DNA from: Podarcis bocagei
Lineage: Eukaryota
Length of the DNA stretch: 64,000 bases
Assembly (NCBI GenBank): GCA_964188305.1
Contig: OZ076889.1
Direction: 5' to 3' (one strand)
Numbering within the stretch: the stretch's first letter is position 1; every line of letters begins with the position of its first letter. The notes beneath the pieces were generated by a model. It did not search any database and was not told the DNA's origin. It saw only the letters and a list, made by a program, of their open reading frames with translations. The position numbers and the translations under genes were made by a program. This document shows, in pieces, positions 21,778 to 33,971 of the stretch.

Positions 21778-21841
21778 ATCTATTAAGTAGCTTGGATGGC
21801 CAGTATTCTTATGAAATATTAATAAGGAAGTCTCCCTACTA

Positions 21842-21847
21842 AATAAA
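21842..21847 (+). terminator. Candidate polyadenylation signal of DMRT2b
   Basis: AATAAA 65 nt after the stop, followed by GT/T-rich sequence (tattgtatgtat). Confidence 0.45.
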
Positions 21848-22652
21848 TATTCATATTGTATGTATAACTTTAACTCTTCTGCAAGTAATTAACATCATTG
21901 ACTCCTGTTCCATTTCTGATGTAGGGGGAAAACGTTCTACTTTGTTGTGATACATTGGAACTAGATCAGTGTGTTCTGGTAAGAGTGAGGATTTGCATCT
22001 TTATTTTCATGAATGTTTATGTTTGTAAATGTGTTCAACTGGGCTTTTTTTCATCCATCTTGTTTTGCTTATAAGTAAAACATTATTTGCCTGTATGAAG
22101 CTGCAAAATATTACCAGGCATATGGCTTCCAGTATATTATAAAATACAGTGTAACTATTTGCAGAGGAAAAACCAGGTGAAAAAATATTACAACATAGCA
22201 TAATGTCATAACATAACTTTTTGTTTTGATCAAATTACTGGAAGTAACTGTGATACAAATCACCAATTTTTGTGCCTAAAGTCCCTGAAAGTCCCTGCAA
22301 CTGCAGCTTCTTTCAAACAGGATCTGAAAATCTAGTTTTATCCTTTGCTGAAGCAGGGTAATTGGTAACCAGCATTGCCATTTGATTAGCCATATCATTC
22401 GGATTATGACATGCTCCAAGCAGAGAGGCTACCACTGCTATAAAAAAGAAAAACATGCACCCAAACTGACAAAAAAATAATCTGGGACGAGGACAGGTCA
22501 CCACCACCACTGTCATGGAGAAGAGGGTCAGCAGAAACAGAAGGGGAAATTAAAGAACTAGGGTGTGTGCAGTGTGATCTGTCCCCTACCTTTTAAGGGT
22601 GGCCATGCCCACTGTTGTTTCTGGTCAAGAAGGTTTTACAGATTTTGTACTA

Positions 22653-22878
22653 CAGTGGTACCTCAGGTTAAGTACTTAATTTGTTCCGGAGGTCCATTCT
22701 TAACCTGAAACTGTTCTTAACCTGAAGCACCACTTTAGCTAATGGGGCCTCCCGCTGCTGCTGCACCGCCAGAGCACGATTTCTGTTCTCATCCTGAAGC
22801 AAAGTTCTTAACTTGAAGCACTATTTCTGGGTTAGCGGAGTCTGTAACCTGAAGCGTATGTAACCCGAGGTATCACTT
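22653..22878. mobile_element. Tc1/mariner-type MITE, family A copy 2 (inverted relative to copy 1)
   Basis: TA-CAGTGGTACCTCAGGTTA...TAACCCGAGGTATCACTT-TA. Confidence 0.9.
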
Positions 22879-24824
22879 TATTTGGAAAACCTGCAGAATC
22901 TGTTTATCAGAAGTGGTGGTAGAAGAAGTGCACATTCTATGAGCAACTGCCCTCCTTTAAAGTTTATTCAATTCTGAGGATGCAATCCTAAGCACACTTA
23001 CTAGGGAGTTGGATTCATGAGCAAAATGGAGAATACAGCCAAGCAGACATGCAAAGATAGGATTTGCACTATGAAAATCCTCTCATCCACCACCACACAA
23101 AATAGTATGTGTATGGAATTGAACTTTACTGCTTTTCGCTGGAAATATATTGGACACTATTACTAAGGGCACAAGCCTAGACAGTGTGTCTGGAAGTCCT
23201 GGGCTGCCCAGGCAACAGGAATTCCGCACTACTTTGATGATAGATTCTTGGCACCCTTATTACAAATAATGAAATAGTGCAATACACTTCAATTCTACTA
23301 TCTAAAACAATAGGCAAGGAAAGTTAAAGTTCTCAAGATATGCATTACAGTTCTCAAGATACACATTACCTTTTTCTACAAAATACAAATATTGCTGGAG
23401 CCAATATTTCATTCTATACACAAAAGAAATTAAAGCACTAATTGCCAATTAATTTAAATACTAAGGAAACACATATTTCAAGCTTTGGGGGGCCAGTTTA
23501 ACATCTCTAGGTCTTGCTTTTAGTCCCAAATAATATGCCCCAAATAATAATTTGCCTTAATGAAGCAAGTGTATGTTCTTTTAGCAACAATTTCCTTTAA
23601 AGATAGTATATTGGTTCATTTATAGCGTATATATTTTCCCAGCTCTTGGTCTCCATTGAGCTCTTGCCTGAAGGAGAGCTTTGTAAATCATGGAAACATT
23701 CATAGCAACTGAAATGGTTAAAGTTATTTCCCTACATATTGAGTCATATCACAGAATTAATTTGCCCAACAAGAATTCATGCAGCTAGCTTATATAAACA
23801 CAGGTTTTGTTTTTAAAAGATTGGGTTGCTTCATTTGTGAAAAGGTCCAAATGCTCTCAGCTACCAAGACAAGTTATTCTCTGCACATTGCAGTCAGGCT
23901 CTTTTTAAAGGAAATGACCAAAGCCTGCTCTTTCCACTTTCCTTTGCTTCCTGCAGGCTTCATGATATGCCTCTTATGGGCTGCCCTCTGCTAGTGAAGA
24001 AACAGTAGGGAATGACTGAGATGATTGGCTTATTTTTGTTGCCTCTTGCTCCTTCACAACCTGAAACTAAGTAAAGCCTCAATAAGGAAGGGCTTTTAAT
24101 TGACCCAAGCATTATTTTGATGGAGGGCTATCCCACAGTAGTCCATAAAGTTGATTTGGGTCTTCCAGTAAATTGGGTCAGCACACATTGGAAAATTTTC
24201 TGATACAAGTAAGGAACAAGAGAGTGTAGACACTTAAGTACAACTTGTGTCACTCGAGGTGTGAGTTGCTTCCATGGAATGGCATGCTTTTTGTAAGCTT
24301 AAGGTGATGCACCACATGCAACTCTACTTGGAATATTAATAGTTTGACTTCACTTATCTATGCTCTGGACTGGTAACATTCAGGTTAGATTACCTGTGTG
24401 TTGCTGGTTCTCTGATTGGGAATTTGATATACAGTTTGTTCTGGATAGGTTCGTTCTCCTCTTGAAAGAGTGAGCTCATGGACTTGGGGCTCTCCTTGAT
24501 CCAGTGCTGTCCTTGATGGTCCTGGTGGCAAGGAGTTCCTATTACTAGTTTGTCAGTGATGGCCTTTCCTGGTTAGGTAGCCTTGCCATAGCAATGCATG
24601 CTATGGTAACTTCCCAGTTGAATTATTGTAAAGTGCTTTTTGGGCTGCGTATGGTTTAAAAACTGTAGCTGATGTAATTCTGAGGATGTTGAGAAGTACT
24701 GGCGGTTGGAACCACATAACAACATTTGTCCTTCAGAATCTGCAGCACTCAATGCAATGTGTTGATGTATAAAAAATGATCAGACCTAAATACCTCTTTC
24801 TATACAAGTCTGCCTGGAGAGTGA

Positions 24825-25165
24825 TGCGAGAAAAGGCCATCTCTGTGGTGGCCCCTTCTCTTTGGAATGCTTTCCCTGTTGAAGATTACCTGGTGCCGAC
24901 ACTGTTAGCTTTTTAGTGCTAGTTAAGGAGGCACCTCTTTGCCTAGGCTTATTGAAGAGATTAAAGCAATATAGTCAGTTTTTGAGTACATTGCTAGCTG
25001 GGCTATTGTGAAATGTTTTGGGATTTTTATCTAACATTTTGTCAATGCATTATGATAGTGCTTGGCTTGTTAGTGTTGGCCTGCTGTGGTTTATGTAGTT
25101 ATATGTTGTAACCTGCTTTGGGATCATTTACAAAGAAGAGCAGGCTTAGGAACTGAATAATAAAT
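24825..25165 (+). mobile_element. Old L2-type LINE 3' fragment
   Basis: aggccatctctgtggtggccccttctctttggaatgctttccct is a degenerate RAFSVVAPSLWNALP motif; the segment ends with tgtaacctgctttggg...aataataaat. Confidence 0.6.
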
Positions 25166-26448
25166 GAATGGATGTGTAGTATATGGGACTGCATTTGAAG
25201 ACAGATTGGAAACCTCCGTTGGGTAAGAATATAGGTAAAAGAACTGCTAACTACGACTGGGCATTACAGTTGCATTGGCTCAGTGTCTATTTATGAGTCA
25301 AATTCAAAGTGATGGTACATACCCCAGCCCCAAGATGTGAAGGGATTTAAAAGGAGCTGAAGATTTACCTATAAACAAATGAACTAGGCTTCATGTTTTC
25401 AGCTCTTCTGTAGGTGTCTTTTTAGAGATGCTCCATCCCTTTTCAGAGATGCCCCTCCCCTGTAATTTGCATTATTGTGCTGCCTAATGAAGACCCCTTC
25501 CCCCAAAAGACTCTAGAATTTAAAATTTATTATCTCTGCTGCTGATTTTTATCCAGTTTTTGCTATTGCAAGTTTTAGCTTTTGTATTTGAATATATTAT
25601 TGTGTAAGTCACATATCTTTGAAGGGTAATAAATAAATAAAGCCACTCTAGCTTCTCATACTTTATCACACTACCTGTGTCTTTATGCTTTGCTTCACAA
25701 CCCCATGGGTTAGAAACTTGATCTTGTAATGTAAACAATAAAACCTGACTTTCTCTGAATTTTACATAAGCCACTAGATTTTGTGTTGTGCTGTATAAAT
25801 ACAGCTTGCTTGACCACCTGATATAAAACGTGCATTTGAGAAATATCCTATTGGTGCGTTGTAACTTACCCAGCAGCAGTTAATTACTCAGAGGCAAACG
25901 CTTTAGCTAGTGTGTACTCTCCCAAGTCTTGCTGTTTTGATTTGAACAATGAAATGGCCAAAGGGCCAACAGTGTTTCTTTTGTTAGGATAATATCAGCT
26001 TCACATGTCAATATTTCTCTTCCCCCATGCTCTCCATCTTGAGTTTATTTTTTTAAACACTTTGGCTTCTTTTAAGGAGGTTTGGTTTCCAGAGCAAACC
26101 AGCAAGCATCCATTCACCCAGCTTCAAGTTGCATGCTGGGTTGATTGCATTTGTTATGTCTAGTAGCAGATAGAATTTTCTCAAAATATTTAGCCTGTAA
26201 GGGATCTCTGCTGGTCGTCTGTTTTTATTGCAAGCATGCAATTAATCACCCTAATTGTTCAATTACTCAGAAGCCCAAGATATTATAACAAAACAAAACA
26301 AAAAATAGATGGCAGTCCAAATATCTTGAAAGTTTAAAGGTTCATATTGGTAAGGTAAAACCAAACATTTTCCCCCATGAAGACAAGATTGAGAAATTGC
26401 ACTAATTTTGCAGTAGTATTTGTTACAGTGCCTTGAACTTTTACTGTC

Positions 26449-26522
26449 ACATTACAGTTTGAGATACAATGCCCTATTGTTTTTATAATAATGATAGGGC
26501 ATTGAATCTCAAACTGTAATGT
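26449..26522. repeat. Near-perfect inverted repeat (29-bp arms, 16-nt spacer)
   Basis: acattacagtttgagatacaatgccctat ... atagggcattgaatctcaaactgtaatgt, one mismatch. Confidence 0.9.
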
Positions 26523-27609
26523 AGGAGTAGGAGTAGTACTAATAGTTAAACTCTGATATGGGGAATTTCTGGATATTGTTAGATTTCACCTTGGCCGCAG
26601 TCAGCATGGATTGGCTAATTGTCAGGGGTGATTTGAGTTGTAGTCCAACAACATCTGAAAGGCCATAGATTCCCCATCCCAGGTCTACATAGTGACTCAT
26701 TTTTACCACTATTCTCTGTTACCCAGCTCCATCTTTGCAGAGCTGTATGCCCCTGTTTTTGATGCTATGTCAGAATAGATGTGAGAACAAACACACATTT
26801 CTGCACCTGGCAAAAGAGACACGGACATGCCAACATAGTCGGGGAGGGGGGAACCTTTGTGGCCCATCTGGTCAGATTGTTAATCTGTCTCCACCAGAGG
26901 TGTATCTAGGCTCCCTTGCGCCCTTGGCAAGGAGAGTGGGCAGATAAGCTCCTAGCCACTCTGAGCCAGAGTGGAGAGGCATGATTTTTGTGGGGCCCAC
27001 CCGGCCTGTGCCCTTGGTCCCCAACCTAATCACCCCTTGATCCCACCCCCACGAGCTAGCTTTTACAGTAACTTTTGAACTACTGAAGGAAAAAATGAGT
27101 TGTAATTCAGTAGGTGAAAGCTTCCAGCAACACAGCAGAATCCAAATAGCCTTGAAAAATCAACAAGTGTTTCCTTAATCTTTGCCCCTCTGATGGATTT
27201 CCACCATCCTCAGCAATTAATTAACTAACGGTGCAATCCAATACGTGACTTAGTAAGCCCCATTGATTCATTGGAAATTACTCCCAGGTAAGTATGCATA
27301 GGACTGCAGCCTAAATATTTAATGAACCTATTTAAAGCTTGAAACCCTAGTTACAACTTCCCAACCACTTTTCCAGAAGTTATGCCAGAGCACTTTTGAG
27401 TATGTACTTTTATATTGCAGTACTCTGACTGCACACTTCAAGCTGTTAACTGGGGAATGGCAGAACAAACTTCCTTAATCTCCCATTACTTTCCCTTAAA
27501 ATAATAATACAAAGAATGTTTTAATGTACAGGGCTGCTAAAAAGTGATAAAATTTCAGTGAAGGTACCAGTGATTTAGGTGATCCATGTAGACTCAACAT
27601 CTAATAGCA

Positions 27610-27868
27610 CAGGGGTCAGCAAACTTTTTCAGCAGGGGGCCGGTCCACTGTCCCTCAGACCTTGGTGGGGGGCCGGACTATTTTTTTTTGGGGGGGGGGG
27701 AAGAATGAACAAATTCCTATTCCCCACAAATAACCCAGAGATGCATTTTAAATAAAAGGACACATTCTACTCAGGTAAAAACATGCTGATTCCTGGACCG
27801 TCTGCCGGCCAGATTTAGAAGGCAATTGGGCCAGATCCAGCCCCCGGGCCTTAGCTTGCCTACCCATG
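27610..27868. mobile_element. hAT-type non-autonomous DNA transposon, copy 1
   Basis: TIRs CAGGGGTCAGCAAACT / AGCTTGCCTACCCATG; 8-bp TSD taatagca / taatggca (one mismatch); a second copy starts at 37502. Confidence 0.85.
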
Positions 27869-30800
27869 TAATGGCATTTGCTTTTTTTCTTTCTATCTGG
27901 ATAATGAAGAAATAACAGAGTCCCATTAGCTTTGTTGGACCGCATGTAGCTAGCCAGAAAACAGAGGGGAAATAAATATATTTAAAAGCAATATAGAATG
28001 AGATTCACTATACTGGTGCACAAGGATACAGTTTTTAAGTTGGTTCACAAAAATCCAATTGGCTTTGTAGTGTCATCTCTAAACAGAAGCAGTTTAAATG
28101 ATTTTAATAGGTATAATTCATTATACGTATATATTTCCAAGTAACCGTAGGACCAGATGAAATGTCTGGATAATCTCAAGCCTTGAGAGTGAAAGAGGTC
28201 AGGGCTGTTCACTTGGGGCTGCCTGCCTGGACAATTAACAACAAATGTAGATAATTAGAGGTTTGTTCCAGCCAACCTAAGCATGTTTTGAATCCCACCG
28301 ATTTTAAATGGAAATGGATTAAGCACAGCAGGGTAGTGCAGTTGTTAATATGATATGCTGTGAACCAGTTTGAATCTTAGCGGGCAGGGCAATCCTAAAC
28401 ATGGGAATCAGGCTTAATATATGCTGGCTGAATTTAAGCCGCCATAAAGTATTCCAGATCCTGAGTCCATTCAGAAGCTCCAGGAAGGCAGAAATGATGG
28501 CTGAACTGGCACCAACCCAGCAGAATAGAAAAATCTGCTGAAATACAGAAAGCCACTGTCACCAAGGAAACTGCTGCCACCTGTTGACACACAGAGTGGA
28601 TAGGACCCAAGCCCTCCTAATGGTGTGTGCAGACTGTGAGAGCTCTTAGAGAGAATCCATGGGAAGCAGTGCAGAAACACAGAGCACATTCTGCATGCAG
28701 CCTCTAATTTGTACATGTCACACACCCTGACTGCACCCACCACACACTCCTCCAGTTGCACAGCCACACTAACAGCACAGCAGATGTGGAGATCACTAGT
28801 ACACTCCATGGCCCCACAAGCATCCCAGACAGACACAGGCTGTGCCGCCCCTCCCCAGAGCACACAGCATCTACCGGTATGTGGAAATGCAAAAATACAA
28901 GTTTATTGAAAGCACCTCACAAAGTACTGTTGCACGCCACCCTAATCTCTGAGCGATGTGAGATTTCAGGGGTCCCAGGCATGCTTACCATGGCTCTGTC
29001 CTTCTGTCTAGCTTGCTGCGTTTTACAGACTCCAACCTTCAGCTCACATCATGGCCAACTGCATTCCTGAACCTTACTCTGCTTTGTCTCCAAACTTACT
29101 CAGAGCTGCGAGGAGGGACCCTTCCCATTTTCTGCCTGGCACAGAGTCCCTTCTCTCTGGCTTTCCTAATGGCCCATTACTTTCCCTTTGTCTTTTGTTA
29201 ATGGCTGATCTCCCAGGCGATTTCCTGAACAAGGGAAGCTGGCTTGGCACTGTGTTTTAATGCTTTTCTAAATCCAGTGTCTGGAAGTCAATTTTAACAC
29301 TCGAAACATTGATTAAATGCTAACACACCTATCAGACCCTGGGATTTAGGGGAATCTGGCACCCATAAACCCTGGCTCCCGAGACTCTGTAACAATACAC
29401 GCTGCTGAAAGCACAACAGAGGCCACGAGCATCCAGAAAACCTATGTAAAACCTGCCCTAAGCACCCCAGAACAAGTCCTCAAGGGTAAGGGGCAGGCAC
29501 CTCCTCTACCACCACCACCACCTCCTCCTCTTCCTCTTCTGCCCTGGCAGTGGCAGCAGCACAAGGGCAGGCACCTGCTGCCCCCTCCCAATGGAAAATA
29601 CGTTCTGTTCTTGAGTCTTGTACGTCACTTTAATGATTTTATTGTAGAGCAGAGTATAAATCCCATATCTGAAAAAGAAATATTTTAGATGACCTGAATA
29701 AGTAAACAAACACAGTCTGCAACAGTATGGAGATAATTTAGAAAAATGGCCATGGGTATAAAAACGTGTGTAGTTGGGACTTGCACTGCAGAAGTTCCTG
29801 GTCCAGCTTTTAGGCTGATATTAAATGTTAATCCTACTTAGGGTAGATTAACTGAAGTGAATGGATGTGGCTCATTTAGGTTCGTTAATTTCAATGAGCC
29901 TACTCTGAGTTAGAAGCTGGTTCAGTACAACCCTTAGGCTTGATTCCAAATCAAGATCTTCCCTATCTACTTTTCTTTGTACAACTCTGAATATCCTTTC
30001 CCCCATCTCGGTGCTACTGTCGCCCCTATTTATAAAAGTTTAATCAAAGAACAATGTAGGTTAAAAATAAAGTATGTAATATTTGCCTAGTTTTATAGGT
30101 ACTGTTGCCTGTCCTATCACAAACATGGTGTCAGAAACTGTAACTTCTGTTTTTTATCGGTATAGTACCTCTGTTAACTTATTCTCGCTGGACAAAACAC
30201 TGCATCTCCACTCTCAAATTCACATTTAAGAAATGCTTGAACTGGAGCTCCCTCTCGTGATAAAAGTAAGACTTGCAGTTCTTCCAGTATTTGATACCGT
30301 GTTGAAAGGCAGCTTGCTGTGCTACCATTTATGTTCCAAGGAGGAGTATTCTTTTCAGTTTCTCATTCATCATGTACAATTGCAAACTGGCTTGACTTTA
30401 TTCATCAGTCGAGTTTAAAAGCAAACCCTAAATTGGGTCCTGTGGATTTGCCTGCGCTGGGAGGGCTGAGTCTTTTTTCCATCTCCTCCAATGCTGCTAA
30501 TCTTTGTACTGCTGGTCTGTTTGTCTCCTGTTATTTCCCGAACACTCTTTTATATTGTGTGATTCTATAATGTTATAAACTATAGCGTTCCATGAGCACT
30601 TGTGTGAGAGAAGCTGTTCTGGAGAATGACAAGGGATAGATTAGCTACCACTTTATTAAATTGAGAAGAGTTGCATAGTTTCAATAAAGTTCCTGGCTAC
30701 AAACCCTTTTTTTATTTTTTCATAACATTTACAGTAGCAAATTTTAAAGCCATCTTAGATGTTACAAAGGCTACAATGCTGGATATAAATTGGAATGAAT

Positions 30801-31525
30801 AAATACATCATTTCCTTTTCTTTTCTTTCCTTCCTTCCTTTCTGTCTTTCTTTTCTTCTTGTAAAAATACAATCTACAATGTGCAGTCTACAAAATTAAG
30901 TAACTTACCCTTTGAAAATAAAGGTTAAATGTGGTAGCCTCCAAACATTTTTGCAGATGTCTTACAATAAGTGTTTTTAGTACAGTGAGATAAATCAGTT
31001 TTTACAATTGGCATGGGAATTTACTTTGACATGTATATTGTCAATTGGGAAAAGGCAAAGATGCTGCTGCTTCTCCAGCTTTTAATCATTAGCATGTCTG
31101 ACCTTGATTTGTGCAATTGCAGTGGTACATTCAGAGCTCTATAATTTATTGCAGTTGTTTTGTTTGCATATTTTGCTTAGCCACCTAATTTGGAACTGAA
31201 ACATCAGCTTGGACATGTGGCTTTGAGTACATATGAAAGGGTCAATGCAGTTTGTGTGGAATGTTTTAGTTTTTAAACTGTCAAATGTCAGGCTGTAATT
31301 TTATTGCTGCCAGTAGTATTAGGTATCAGGTGTGACTGTAACTCTGTTTTTGGTGCCAAACAAGGTTTCTGCTGCTAACTGTAAGCAGTCAGTTCTGCCC
31401 TGGAGAGAATTTTAAACAAGTTGCATGACTGACTTCTAACCGAGAGTGACAAGGAAGGAGAAACAGTGAAGTGAAGGATCCTAGTTTGAGGATTTGAATT
31501 CTGTTCATAAATAAGGGTTCAAGGG

Positions 31526-32380
31526 TCTTCTTCTTCTTCTTTGGTGATCACTCGTAGCTGAGTAAGATTGTCTTCCATAAACACGGTTTTAACAATGAGT
31601 TCATAAGTGACTATATAAAAAAATTCCTTCCAGTAGCACCTTAAAGACCAACTAAGTTAGTTCTTGGTATGAGCTTTCGTGTGCATTCATAAGTGACTGT
31701 GGAGGCCAATTCTGGATCCACATGTCCTTCCACAGTGGGGACATTGATTTCCGGGCAGGAGTTTATCACGGTGTGGATTTGTCAAGCTGTGCCTTTCTCT
31801 TAGCACATTTCTCCCTTGTATCCTGAGTTTGAGTGTCTTCAAAGCCCATGACACCTTTGCTAAAGGCTGTTCTCCAATTCGAGCGCTCGCAGGCCAGTGT
31901 TTCCCAATTGTTGGTGTTTATACTACATTTTTAAAGATTTGCCTTGAGACAGTCTTTATTAAACCTCTTTTGTTGACTACCAGCATCACGCTTTCCATTT
32001 TTAAGTTTGGAATAGAGTAGTTGCTTTGGAAGACGATAATCAGGCATCCACACAACATGACCAGTCCAACGAAGTTGATGTTGAAGAATCATTGCTTCAA
32101 CACTGGTGATCTTTGCTTCTTCCAGTACACTGTTATTAGTTTGCCTGTCTTCCCAAGTGATGTGTACATTTTTTCGGAGATACCGTTGATGGAATCTTTC
32201 GAGGAGTTGGCGTTTATAAGTGGTCCATGTTTCACAAGCATACAGTAAGGTTGGTAGTATAACAGCTTTGTAAACAAGCATTTTGGTTTCCCTGCGAATG
32301 TCCTGGTCCTCAAACACTCTGCACTTCAATCGGGAGAAAGCCACACTCGCAGAGCTCAGGCGATGCTGGATTTTGGCATC
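31526..32380 (-). mobile_element. RTE-clade LINE 3' fragment with (AAG)n tail
   Basis: ORF 31931-32440 reads IQHRLSSASVAFSRL...TKMLVYKAVILPTLLYACETWT...QLRWTGHVVWMPDYRLPKQLLY, the RTE ORF C-terminus. Tail appears as tcttcttcttcttct at ~31526-31540. Confidence 0.92.
31613..31685 (-). mobile_element. Penelope-like element terminal fragment nested in the RTE
   Basis: ttccagtagcaccttaaagaccaactaag...ggtatgagctttcgtgtgca, flanked by a 13-bp direct duplication ttcataagtgact (31600-31612 and 31686-31698). The family call is by recognition of squamate Penelope termini. Confidence 0.7.
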
Positions 32381-33596
32381 TAGCTGCTGCAGCACAGGCC
32401 AACCTTTAACTCTTTGGCTTAGCCTGACTAAAAGAAACATAGGCTGACTTAGAAGTTATGTTGGAAGGTTCAGATGTGAGAGTGTCAGTTCAACAAATAA
32501 TGGTTTATCTGTCAGCAAACAGTTTATCTAACAATGCATGAGCCATGTGCCTGCATGTCCCTCCCCTTCCTTTCCTCCTGATTCTTATTCAGACATTACA
32601 GGAAATTAGTTTGCATGTGTCTTGGAGGAAGTGGCACAATGTCTTCCCCATCTGTGGGACGCTGTTGTAGACACACTCTATAGTGCACTCTGATTCCTAG
32701 CTGGAAGAGATGGTGGCAGTAGACACTGGGCAGGAGAGTAGTCAGAAAGTTGCAAGAATGACATATCAAGCATTTGAATTACATTGGAAGAAGGATGGTG
32801 AAGTGTTACACTCATATTAGAAGATTTCGTATCAGAATCTTTCGCTTGGATCTGCTAGTTTTCTTGGTTGGACCAAATGGGCATTTGTGGTTCCCTCTAT
32901 TGCTGTGATTGGATCTTGAAATTAGATTCTGCAGAAAAAAAGTATTGCTGAGATGGTCAAGCCAGTTTCTTTGTTATATAAATGACCCTAACTTTTTAGG
33001 TATCCTTAAGCCAAAGTGTTGCCACAGAAACTTACTTGCTGCAGATCATTTCTGGAAGGTGTGCAGAGTGTTATGGTCATGAGATTTCTATCGTGTGTGT
33101 GTGCAAATAAACCTTAATGCAGAAAAGCCACCAGTATCCAGTGACTTTTTGCACAGAAACCAATTTATGATGTAAGCCTCTAGACCCCTTTCTGGAAAAT
33201 GAAGACCAACCACAGAAGGGTGGGTGAATGTGTTGCTTATAGAAATCATTGTAGGATACATAAACTCCTGTCCATGCTGCCTAGGGTGCTGATCTAAACA
33301 GCCCAGGATTTCATCTGTTCTATTCCCTGGGTCATAAACTGCAGCATTCCTTCATCTGCTCAGAATTAAAAAGGGATTCCAGGGCAGATGATATCTTTCT
33401 TTTTAGAAATGAACAAATCTACATTCAAGTACCATCCCACATTTGTCAAGTGTCAAACTGTATGTCTCCCAAGGCTGAGCCAGCGAGTAGAAAAACTTTC
33501 AATCCATCCACCTTCTTCTCACAGTCCTCTGATCATATATTACATTCTCTGTACTAAGAGGATTCCATCTGCAAGAAGGAAAGTCAGCAAAATCGT

Positions 33597-33652
33597 ACAC
33601 ACACACACACACGCGCGAGAGAGAGAGAGAGAGAGAGATAGCGCGCGCGCGC
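33597..33652. repeat. Compound (CA)n(CG)n(GA)n(GC)n microsatellite
   Basis: Directly visible. Confidence 0.9.
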
Positions 33653-33745
33653 ACAAGCAAATTAGTCACCTTCCATGGTCTTTTCTTTCACTCACATCCA
33701 TTCTACAGGATCCATCCTCCCTTAGTTGCTCTGTATAAAACAATA

Positions 33746-33971
33746 CAGTGGCACCTCAGGTTAAGTACTTAATTCATTCCGGAGGTCCGTATTTAACCTG
33801 AAACTGTTCTTAACCTGAAGCACCACTTTAGCTAATAGGGCCTCCCGCTGCCGCCGCGCCGCCGGAGCACGATTTCTGTTCTCATCCTGAAGCAAAGTTC
33901 TTAACCTGGGGTACTATTTCTGGGTTAGCGGAGTCTGTAATCTGAAGCGTATGTAACCTGAGATACCACTG
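33746..33971. mobile_element. Tc1/mariner-type MITE, family A copy 3
   Basis: TA-CAGTGGCACCTCAGGTTA...TAACCTGAGATACCACTG-TA. Confidence 0.9.

Noticed and set aside
28471-28909. Cys-rich 130-aa ORF and neighbours, considered as a LINE ORF1 zinc finger or exon
   Set aside because: No convincing motif spacing or splice context; explained by CA/TG-rich composition.
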